From: Tubulanus polymorphus
Lineage: Eukaryota > Animalia > Nemertea
DNA: 64,000 nucleotides
Direction of reading: 5' to 3'
Assembly (NCBI RefSeq): GCF_964204645.1
Contig: NC_134025.1
Location: 5,270,001-5,334,000, forward strand
The notes below the pieces were generated by a model. It was not told where the DNA came from. It worked only from the letters and a program-made list of their open reading frames with translations, and did no database searches. Positions within the stretch are counted from its first letter, which is position 1. The number at the start of each line of letters is the position of its first letter. Below are positions 29,401 through 40,217 of this stretch, one piece after another. The translations under genes and the position numbers were made by a program.

Positions 29401-29948
29401 AGGTTCCATTTCTAGTCTTTGTGCGGCGACCAAGAAACTACCAGCAGCTAATGCCAGCAGGTCACAAGCACTAGGCATACTCTGTATATACTCCTATATA
29501 AAACATGATGATTCTAGAAATGAAGTATCTATTTTGCCCACATCATTTAACAATGAATATCATAATCTGTACAAAACAGTATAATCCTTTGTTTTACCTC
29601 ATCTCCATAGTCACTGTCGGTAGTGTTGATCGCTTCTGAAATCAAACGTTGAATCGTTTCCAAAACTTTCTGCGCAGCTGGAACAATCAGGCTCGAAAAT
29701 CTGAGTTTTTCACCTTTTTCCTGTGAGTCTTTCAACAGAATCAACTGCGTTACCTATATAGGTATAAGAATACTGAGATAGTGACGTCGAAGGGTGTATG
29801 TACAGACTATCGTTTTGAAAAATTCCCTCCCTTGTTACGGATGATTCAGGGCAAATAAATGACAAACCTGAGCTGCAAACGGTGCTATCGCTCTCTCTAC
29901 ATTCTTGGTTTGAACAAGACCAGAGATGATGACATTCCCTACATCCAT
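20475..29948 (-). CDS. Long divergent vinculin/alpha-catenin/alpha-catulin family protein (~29 exons, roughly 1,500 aa by manual exon sum)
   Basis: N-terminus 'VQTKNVERAIAPFAAQVTQL' (vinculin/catenin start motif); 'YIKYPTNPQAKASKEYV'; C-terminal tail 'RETEKWEDEKNEFVRLAKEMCRQMIDMAAYSKGKG', 'VPTVSTQLSIIASVKA', 'LVKNAEILMHAIMNTLKAAESASVK'; stop at 20475-20477. Confidence 0.85.
23995..24262. mobile_element. piggyBac-like non-autonomous element remnant in a vinculin-like intron
   Basis: Starts 'taaaccctttcagtgctg' (ttaaCCCTTT-type end), contains repeated acaccgca/tgcggtgt motifs and ends 'ggttaa'. Confidence 0.45.
28035..28208. mobile_element. Tc1/mariner-type MITE with TA target duplication
   Basis: TA-CAGTAGAACCTG ... 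CAGGTTTGACTG-TA imperfect terminal inverted repeats. Confidence 0.65.
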
Positions 29949-31166
29949 TATGGCAAAACTATGATTAAATTTGAAGTCTAAGCGATCACTTCAAACATAT
30001 GACATATTTCCATGATTACCAAACAAATACCAGGTGGCGCCAGATAACGGTACACAGTCACCGTGAATCGATAAAGAATCCCGCGTCATATTGGCCGTCA
30101 AGCGTAAACGAGTCTCCTATTGAGGATTTTTTGTTAGATTGTTATTTTCGCTGTGGCAATTGACATAAACAAATCAGTATAAACAATATTTATGCCTATG
30201 CATGAGAGATGTAGGCCTATATTTAAGGTCATACTCAGAATCTCCTCCTTAAGAATGATTAGTAATAAGTCCAGAATGAAATTAAAAAAAATTAAGAAAG
30301 TGCTTTTCTTATACATGTAGTTAAAATCTATTCAAGATTGTAATACATGGTAATACATTTATTATGGATATACATATAAATCATAAATCTATAACAGAAC
30401 AATAATGTCTGCAAAAACAATAAACACATATCTTATATGCATATCAAATTGAACAATCTAATATTGGACGGGTGTGGGTGGATTATAAAATTTTGATTAC
30501 TCGATATCAAAATGATTTGCATTTATCATATCTAACAACTCTTATCTATAGAATTTTGAAAATACCTCCAAGTTTGTTGTGGCACTAGTGGTGATAACAC
30601 AACAGTAAGTAAGGCAAAGCTAATTTTATGAAGTGGCAAAGGCTTCAGTTACAGATACTGGATAAGCATAGGCAATACGTATATTCACTTCTTGGTGATT
30701 ATTTTCATTTGAGCAGAATCTAAATAAGTGCATGAAGTGTAGATAATACCATATTCAAGCCCTGAAAAGTACAGCAGTTTTAAAATCATCTATCATTTCA
30801 TAAAACATTTAGTATCATGCCATTGATATGCCTAACAACTTTCCTCCGAGCAGTGAAATGCAATCTAATGATTCTATACTTCAATATAATTACAAATAAC
30901 TTACTTAAAGATAAACATATGATTGAAAACTATAAAAATGCACTCGGCTCATTTGAACAATGGCATACGTACATGAAGTATCAGTAAAAGTATACATCAT
31001 AACTGTGGGTGGAATAACAATAACATTGACAAGAACCACTTCACAACCATTCTCGAAAATATGATGGGATGAGCAATAGACAAATAGCGATTCATTTTAT
31101 AAGGAAGAAGAAAGCGCCTTCAAATACTAGGTATAAGCCATAAGTTAATGGGCAAAGGTCACTTCT

Positions 31167-34100
31167 TCAAATAATAACTTCTTCTAATTCATCATCAAAG
31201 TCATCAACAGCATTAACGATTGGTTTGAATGTTGTTGAGGCGTGTCTCGGACGGCGAGGTAATAATTTATCATTCGATTGTTCCTTATCGTTCAGATTAA
31301 TGAAACCCGATGAATTCTTTTTTTCTTTATTTCTCGACGCGAATGCCGAGGAATCGTTATCGCTAATGTTTACGACGTCACCATTTTTCGCGTTTGCTTT
31401 CGTACTATCTCCGAATAGTTCTTTCATAAGATCTTTCTTTTTGTTCGCTTTTTGTTTTTCAGCGGAATTACCTTGATGAAAACTAGAATCGTTGAACGAC
31501 GGTTTGTAACCGATATCTTCAACTTCATCATCGAATAACGATTTTCGCCTTTGACGCTCTATATACGGTACAGTAACATCGTCATGCGATGGTTTACCGT
31601 GATGGAGATTCTCGATCGGCTTCGAAAACGAATATCGTTTCTTCGAAGAAGCTGAACCGTGTAACGAACCCGAATCATGTCTGGTAAACGTTTTTTCTTC
31701 TTTCACATCATTTACTTCATCGGGATTTCGTCCTTCGTCCATCGCGCGAAGTTTAGCTAATAATATATCCTTCCGGCGTCGCTCTTCGAGAATCTTTTCA
31801 TTATTAGCTTCTAATTCAGCTTGTCTATTTGCCTGTTCAATTCGATCTCGCTCTTCCTTTTCTTTTCTTAGTCTCTCTAACTCATTTCTTTTTCGTTCCT
31901 CTTCTTCTCGTTCATGTCGTAAGCGTTGTTCTTCTCTTTCTTTCAGCTCTTGTTCTTTCTTTTCTCTCAGTTCTTGTTGATATTTTTCCGTTGCGATGCG
32001 AATTCGTTCCTCCTCTTCCATTCTACGTCTGGCTTCACTTTCAATTTGTTCTCTTTGTTTTGCTTCCTGTTCCTTTCTGAAATCGATCTCTTCGCTCTCT
32101 TCCCTTTCAATGACACCTTCTTCGATGATATCATCTTCAACACCATCCAAGACCTCGTTATTGTCAATGACTGAAGTTCCTATATTATCTCCTTTGGTTG
32201 CTTTTGCTTTTCTTCTTTCTTCTCTCGCCTGAAAGTATGAATATACAAAATGCATTTAGATACAAGCACAAATTGAAATGATATCAAATTAACTGCTACC
32301 AAGCAACTTCTTAATCATAAAGCAAATGTTAACCAAATAAGATGTACACTTCAAAGCAGGAATATGCGCAAAATATTAAAAAAATACAGGTTACGGTTAA
32401 AACAAACCATGCATCAAATAAAACAAGAATAACTAAAGGATATGTGAATACATCAACCTTGCAAAAGTCGCATACTTGGGGACTGAATGATGCACGACTA
32501 ACACGAATGAACACTTGTGTCGCATGTGATTAAGAGGTTTATGCAACTTAGAGAAATTGTAAAGAGAATTTGAACTCAATCATTGGAACTTAAAAATTTG
32601 CGCAATTTGTAACTTCATGATTTGTAACGTGGTGACTAATGCAAGGTTGACCTTACTACAATCTTAAAACACTAACACACGCAATAGGCAACACAAAAGT
32701 GTACCTCAAGAGGAAACTTTCTAGAAGCAGCACGTGGAGAAGTTTCCGTGACAAAGAAGGGTGTGATGCTAGGTGATGCAGTCTGGTCAGCAGAATTCTG
32801 GTGAGATTGATTTTGAGATTGTGATTTTTCCTGTGGAATTGTAGATTTTCTTACACTTGGTTGAAATAAACTAGGTCCTTTTTGAGTGATTAAAACACCT
32901 TTTTTCAATGGTTTATTTTCAAAAGCATGATCACCCATCCGGAAATCTCCATGTAGTGGTGGCCGTATGGAGCTAGGCACCTCGGATTGAGTTTTATTTT
33001 GACCTGATGATTCAAAATTATGCTTTATTTTCACTGACTTATCAGAATCAATCACAGAATTCTTCTCCTCTGTAATCTTTTTCTGCAAAATTTGTCGGAA
33101 TGCACATTCAGCCAAGTGTAATATAAGCAGTGCAGAGTTTCAAATCAACAAAGTATTTAAGAGCAGTACTAAAATGAAGAATGATAAAGAAACTTACAAT
33201 GGAATCATGGTCGTCAGAAGGCTACAAAATGAAGTTATGTAATATTAAGAAAATGAATAAGTTTAAAAGACAGAAGTAAAGTATAAGTAGAATAGCAATG
33301 TCATTAAAGCAATAAACTATCATCACTAAAGGCTTTATTAAATATACAATAGCTTCACTACAATTTATGATACCATTTATTATGACAAGTTCAATAGTTT
33401 TCACCTCTCGTTCTCTCTTATCTTCTTGTCTTCTTTGTTCATCCATCAATTTAGCCTTTTCTCGAGGAGTCATTGCTAGTTCTGACTGAGCTGTACCGTT
33501 TCGTAAAATCATAGATCCTCTGTGTACAGGCGTGGACTGGGCAGATGGCAGTTTATGTGGACGTCTTATTATTCGATTACTGTAAATATTTTTGATATCA
33601 AGCTCTTTTTCCTTTTCCTAGAATGAAGGAAATAATAGTGAAAGCAATTTCAAAACAAGACATCCTTATACATCGCTCAGGTTAAATACATACCTTGATT
33701 TGAATGGAAAGTTTTTCAACCAATTCTTCTAATTCTTCAATACGACGTTGCTTTTCTCGATGATAATGTACTTCAACACCGACTTCATGGCGATGGTTTT
33801 TCTTCAAATGCTCTACATGTCTTTCTAATTCCTGTGATTCACAATATTATACATTGTATTAACTAAAATACCATTATAAGGCCAATTCATATCATATGCT
33901 TAGTTTACTGCCACAAGTACAAACCTGAATACGTTTATTCTTTTCATAAATGTCCGCTTCCGATTGATTCAGTTTTTGACTCAGCACTTCACGTTCACCG
34001 AGCTGTTTATTGTTTGAAAGTTCTTTCAACCGTTTTAATTGTCTTTTTGTGACGCCCAATTCCTCGCCCAAGTCTTTATTCTTACGATTAAGTAATTCAC

Positions 34101-35488
34101 ATTTATCTTTATACTTTCGCAATTGTTCTTTGAAATTATGTATCTCATTTGTGTGTCTCGTAACAATATTCGACAGGTCACTTTCTTTCCCTTCAAACCG
34201 TTGTAAAGCTTTATCCTGTCTCCTTTCTGTTAGCTTCAAAAGTTTATTTTCGTCTTTAAGTTCGGATATTTGGTTAGTTAATTCATCGATATGATTGCGC
34301 AGTTCATTCGCTCTTAGTCTTTTCGCCGACATCACTCTTTGTTTGATCGGATCTGATGTACGCGGTGTAGTCTTCTGTTGGCCTTTTTTCCTCGTTTTCC
34401 TAATACTATCTGCAAAACAGAACCACAAGTCTTAATTATACAAAACAGACAGAATCAGTCGATGAGGTCAAAATCTATACTACAAGAGACTTAACGGCGA
34501 AACTTTGTCACGGGTTGTGCTATCAACAAGATTCTAGTACCAAATGAAAGATACTGGCCTGCGTAAATTTTCAAGTATAGATTCTATCAAACGATGTGAT
34601 AAAGTTTGGATAGATTTTTGGTCACTGCGCATGCTGTTCTTTAGTGATTTATATCATTTGTAAACAAGGTCACACAAATATCAACTTTGTAACTGCTTTC
34701 ACTGTCTGCCTTTAGATAGAAGTTTAACACTGAAATACAGCATAGGTACTTTAAGCGTCCATAGATGGGTTCTTTGCTAGTAGGTCTATAAGTATGTACT
34801 AACAAATCAGGTGCTAAAATTGTAGAATGCGACAAAATCATTTATTGCTTTCTAACTAAAACCTATCCAACTCATGCTTTTCTTCAAATCTACATTTGTA
34901 GTAAGCCCCAGTTATTTCTAAAAAAATCTGTTAATTCAAGATTATTTGTCTTAGTATCCATGGTATCCTGTCTATCCTCTCATTGGAATCAATAGTAGTA
35001 ATTAGCTATAGATATATAGAGTACAACGCATATTCTATAAATGTATATTGATCGACTGTAGCATAATAAATCATTATGAATCAAAAGTTTCCAAGACGCA
35101 TTAGTATCCTGTATTATACTTATCATTATCAATAGCAATAGTATCCGCAATATCATAACATACATATTTCATGTTCTTCCAATGATTTTGCATCATCATT
35201 GGAAGAACATGAAATGTAAACAGAAAAAACCAGTAATATTCTTATGCTGAAATGGACTGATACGAGAAATTGATGAGAACGCTCTATAACTGAATATTTA
35301 CCTTTGTAGACACTTCCCGGCGATCGTTTCTTTTTAGCGCGACTTTTACTCTTTGAAACTTCATCATCGGAATCTGATACAAATGAATCGCTATATGAAC
35401 GCCTCGATTGAGTGTCCTGACTGAATGTTCGCGTACGAGTTCTTCGTACTGAATACACTGAATCATTGTCGTTAGTGTGTCCCGACAT
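31167..35488 (-). CDS. LCA5: Lebercilin (LCA5/LCA5L family) ciliary coiled-coil protein
   Basis: 'QRVMSAKRLRANELRN..LKDENKLLK..RRQDKALQRFE'; 'LGEREVLSQKL'; 'EKEKELDIKNIYSNRI'; C-terminus 'DDELEEVII*'. A phase 0-0 378-nt exon (33082-32705) may be a cassette. A non-coding first exon probably has its donor at ~35830. Confidence 0.88.
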
Positions 35489-35879
35489 TCTTTCAAATCT
35501 TTGGCAAGTTTTTTATGATGGAAGAAAAATACTGTAGTATGTTATTGTTGAAATAAGAAATGTAGCCGTAGGTACTGTTTCTGGTAGCAATGAACTGAAA
35601 TAAAACAAAAAAATTCTGATTATTTTTTTGGCTTCACTTCTTGTCCCTTGACATGTGTTTGAAACAGGATGAACACACATTATTCATAAGGTTAGGAATA
35701 AAATTAATTGACATTTTAATTGCATTTAGTAGAAATTTTAAGATTATTCTATGTTTAACGCTTCTTCGGGAGATACTGACAGTTCTTAGAATTAAATACA
35801 AATTAAAATAATCTATCTATAAGCTTCTTACCATCAAAAAGAAAGACAAACTATAGAAGAATACATCCCGCGGTGATTT

Positions 35880-36010
35880 TTCAACATTATTTTGTACAAG
35901 TGGAAGGAATTTTGTTTTCACTAGCAACCGGCAAATATTGATGACGTCAGATTTGGCGGCTACGTCTACGTCACTGATTTATGCAGATCGGGAGTCTAAC
36001 GTCACGGTTT
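35880..36010. promoter_or_regulatory. Bidirectional promoter LCA5/SH3BGR with X-box-like and CRE motifs
   Basis: GTTTTCACTAGCAAC (35914-35928, RFX X-box-like), a perfect TGACGTCA at ~35942, and further ACGTCA half-sites between divergent genes. Confidence 0.5.
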
Positions 36011-36138
36011 TATGCCGACTGGGACGGGAGAAGTGTTCGAATACGCCTAAGGTTTTTCGTCGATCTTTTCGTGTTAAAGGCTTTTAAAAAGGTTTCGTCG
36101 GTAGTCTGAGAGACGGTGCTCAGTTCTAGTTTTCAATC

Positions 36139-39100
36139 ATGCCTTTCAAGTTATTCTATTCGGCGCTGTCCGGCAGTCAAGCTGTAAGTACCAGAGAATT
36201 TTCAGTGAATTCAGCCATTATTAGTTCGTATCTGTCAAAATTCGCTCAAATCGGGTTCGAATCCCACCAATATTATCCATCAATATCATTAATTTGTGAT
36301 CTCATTATTTCACCTGAATTTGATTTCTATGATTGAAATGTATTTTTCAGTTAAAACATAATCAGACAAAGATTGAGATGATTTTACAAGCACGCGGACT
36401 TGAATACGAGAAAATAGACATCACCTCGTCGTCAAATGAAGAGCAAAAACTCTGGATGCGCGAACATGGAAAACCAGAACAAGAAGGAGCAGTTGTTTTA
36501 CCACCTCAACTCTTCAAAGATGATGAATTTATTTGCGTAAGTAGCTAACAGGATATTTTTAGTTTTATTAGTCAATATAGGTAAGAATCATTAAAATTAG
36601 GTACAAGGGAGTAGGCCCTAACAAGAAATTCATTTTTAGCCGTGTTTCAAATGTAGACTCAATTGCAAACCTAAATTTACTGGTAATTCATTTCATTTAT
36701 TACTTCCAGAATTATAATATCTTTGAGAATGCGGTGGAAGGAAATGAATTGGAAGAATTACTTGGAATACCTGTAAGTATAGCAATAATAATGTAATACA
36801 TGTAATTATTGGGGTTCCTCTGAACAAATATTGAGAAATACGAAAATTTCAACAGGCTCCAAAAAGATGGAAACATGCTGCTGTAACAATTGAAGAGGCA
36901 GCTGAAGAAGAGGTGAATAGGTCAATTTAAACATCTTGCATGGTCAGTTGATGACTAACAAAATGCTTGCGTTTCTAGATTTGAAGATTTCCACTTGCAA
37001 AGCTCCAAGTTCTGCACTGGGTGCTTAACCTGATCGTTTTACCAATGTTTTCTCTAATGTATGTCATACTAAAAAGTGTCTACACTAAACCTACTTGTCA
37101 TTTATTAAATTGTAACATTTAGCAGAGGCTTCCTACCATTCTGGACCAGCCAAGTTATCTAGACTGAACCATCAAATATCTATTTGAATGATGCGTATGC
37201 GTGTGTGTGTATTACTACTGTAGTTTAGACGGTAGAAATGAAGTAAACATTTGAAAATTTGAATGCTTTGCATTTCAAGTTGCTCCCTTTCCGGCAGAGA
37301 TTTTGTTAAACTGCATGAACTAATTGTATTCAGTTAACTAAAAAACCTCATAAAATTCAGATATGCGTACGGTGTTCATTCTTTATTGTTAGATGCATAG
37401 AATTGAATACATAACAGTAGTCAGCTTAAGAAGGCTTAAGTTTGAGTGAACACCGAATCAGTGATCTAGAGTAGAGTATGTCCTTGGATTTATATCTTGT
37501 TTATATAGGATTTTGTTATATCGCATATCTTATGATATCTCATCAAATCATACCCTTAATTGGTCAAGTGGGAGGAGTACCTGCTCTTCTGTCTGCTCTA
37601 TGCAGTATTGTAGAAATTTAGTATAGGGGCTTATGGTCTATGGTTCTATTAACCTGACTGGCATAATTGTGCGAAAATATTTATGTGAACGTCAATTATT
37701 TTACAGAAGGAGAAAAAAGAGAGTAAGGAAGAGGATAAAGATGAAAGCGAGAAGGATAAGGAGGAAGGTGATGAAAAAGAGGAAAAAGAAGAGGTAAAAT
37801 ATATTGATTTTTGGATGGTAGATGATTAAAGTACTGATGGTATGAGTCAGTGATATTGGCTAATTACCTAAGTCAGATTTTACCAGCTGGGTGTTAAATG
37901 AATGTTCATTCTCTTCACCTTTGGGCTACCTGATTATATTTTTGACAGTGCCCATAGTGTATCCTATCTTTTAAATTTTTCACTTCAGTTCTGTAGAAAA
38001 TTGTCACAAAAAAAACTGTCGTGGCCATAACTTACTTTCATTTGTGGTTTATTTTGATTATTTAACTGGGTTCAATCAGGGTGAAGATTCAAAGAAAGAG
38101 GATGGCGAAGAGACGGATAAAAAAGGTGAACCTGGCGATGAAGATAAAAATGAGGATGATAAGGCTAAGAAGCCTGAAGATAAAACTGATGGTGACAAGG
38201 AAGAAAACATAGAGGAACCTAAAAAAGAAAAAACTCCATTAGCTGACAGCGATGACGATTTCTTTGGGAAGAAAAAGGATACTAAAAAGGAGAAGACTCC
38301 ATTAGCTGATAGTGACGACGATTTCTTCGGGAAGAAAAAGGATACTAAGAAGGAGAAGACTCCATTAGCTGATAGTGACGACGATTTCTTTGGGAAGAAA
38401 AAGGATACTAAAAAGGAGAAGACTCCATTAGCTGACAGTGACGATGATTTCTTTGGGAAGAAAAAGGACAAGAAAGATGAGGAAAAAGAAGAGGAACCCA
38501 AAAAGGAGAAGACTCCATTAGCTGACAGTGATGACGACTTATTTGGAAAGAAAAAGGATACTAAAAAGGAGAAGACTCCATTAGCTGATAGTGACGACGA
38601 TTTCTTCGGGAAGAAAAAGGATACTAAGAAGGAGAAGACTCCATTAGCTGATAGTGACGACGATTTCTTTGGGAAGAAAAAGGATACTAAAAAGGAGAAG
38701 ACTCCATTAGCTGACAGTGACGATGATTTCTTTGGGAAGAAAAAGGACAAGAAAGATGAGGAAAAAGAAGAGGAACCCAAAAAGGAGAAGACTCCATTAG
38801 CTGACAGTGATGACGACTTATTTGGAAAGAAAAAAGATACTAAAAAGGAGAAGACTCCATTAGCTGATAGTGACGATGATTTCTTTGGGAAGAAAAAGGA
38901 TACTAAAAAGGAGAAGACTCCATTAGCTGACAGTGACGATGATTTCTTTGGGAAGAAAAAGGACAAGAAAGATGAGGAAAAAGAAGAGGAACCCAAAAAG
39001 GAGAAGACTCCATTAGCTGACAGTGATGACGACTTATTTGGAAAGAAAAAAGATACTAAAAAGGAGACGACTCCATTAGCTGATAGTGATGATGATTTCT

Positions 39101-40217
39101 TTGGGAAGAAAAAGGATACTAAAAAAGAGAAGACTCCATTAGCTGACAGCGATGACGACTTATTTGGGAAGAAAAAGGACAAGAAAGATGAGGAAAAAGA
39201 AGAGGAACCCAAAAAAGAGAAAACTCCACTTGCTGACAGTGATGATGACTTATTTGGAAAGAAAAAAGATACTAAATCGGAATTAGAAAAAACTGAAACC
39301 GCTAAAAAGGAAGACAGTGATGATGATTTATGGGGTAAGAAGAAAGATGATGTGAAAGAAAAAGTTGAAGTTCCTAAACAAGAAGAAGAAAAGGAAGAAG
39401 AAGAAGAGGACAGTTTCCTAGCTAGACGACGTAAAATGCGTGAAGCGAGAGAAGCTCAGAAAAAAGCCGAAGAAAATGAAAGCGACGATGAGGACAGTGC
39501 TCGTGCAAGACTGAAAAAACGGCGACAGGAAAGAACAGCTGCAGCTGCTAAAGATGAGGAAGATGAAGAGGAGTCAGCTGCTGATCGACTTCGTAGGCGA
39601 CGGGAAGAGAGGATGAAAAAGAGATTGGAGGAGGTAGATCTAGCATGTGGCAGATACATGAGTGGCATGGTGTTCCTACATTGCATCTATAGAGATTCTA
39701 ATAACAATCAGTTTACGTATCCGTTTATACTAATGAAAGCATGTAAAGGTCTCATTTCAGGGTTTCAATTAACAATGTTGAAGTTATTATTATAGTACGT
39801 CTAATATTGCTTTTTAGGTGTGTCTTTCTGTCGACTCCATGCACCTTGCTGAAAGTTGATAGAACTTTGAGAGCAAGAAATTTGTTGAGCATTTTGTTGT
39901 TTGGTGCTGAATTTGGAAGAGTCAACTGGTTTTGTGAATAATAACCAAGAATTTATGATGTAGACATTTACCAAATTTAACATATTTTCAATGTTCTGGT
40001 AATTTGTGTGAGCTGAGATGTCTGAGGAAATTTGTTATATCCTTAATTAGTTTCATTTTAATTGTTTGTTGCATGGTTATCGGCATTCAAATATTCTCAA
40101 CTTTTTTCAGCAAATTTTGTATTGATCAAGTTTGACTTGTCATTAATATACCTTCACATTCGCAAAGTTTCTTATAAACAAAATCCATAATGAATCTTCT
40201 TTTATTTTCAGGATTAA
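36139..40217 (+). CDS. SH3BGR: SH3BGR-family (thioredoxin-like fold) protein with a very long charged repeat tail
   Basis: Exons 36139-36183 (MPFKLFYSALSGSQA), 36351-36536 ('YEKIDIT..WMREH..VLPPQLFKDDEFIC'), 36711-36772, 36856-36912, 37707-37793, 38080-39633 and 40212-40217 (D*). Confidence 0.85.
38221..39273 (+). repeat. Coding minisatellite: 15 x KKEKTPLADSDDD(F/L)FGKKKD, 63-nt unit, with a longer DKKDEEKEEEP unit closing blocks of 4, 4, 3 and 3
   Basis: Read directly from the translation of ORF 38044-39795. Confidence 0.97.

Noticed and set aside
36253-36266. GGTTCGAATCCC B-box in SH3BGR intron 1 as a tRNA
   Set aside because: No A-box or cloverleaf surrounds it.
38076-39212. 378-aa minus-strand Ser/Phe-rich ORF
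   Set aside because: It is the antisense shadow of the K/D/E coding repeat; the + frame is spliced into SH3BGR.
38221-39273. Regularly spaced repeats as a CRISPR-like array
   Set aside because: There are no unique spacers, the units are in-frame codon repeats with synonymous variation, and the context is eukaryotic.
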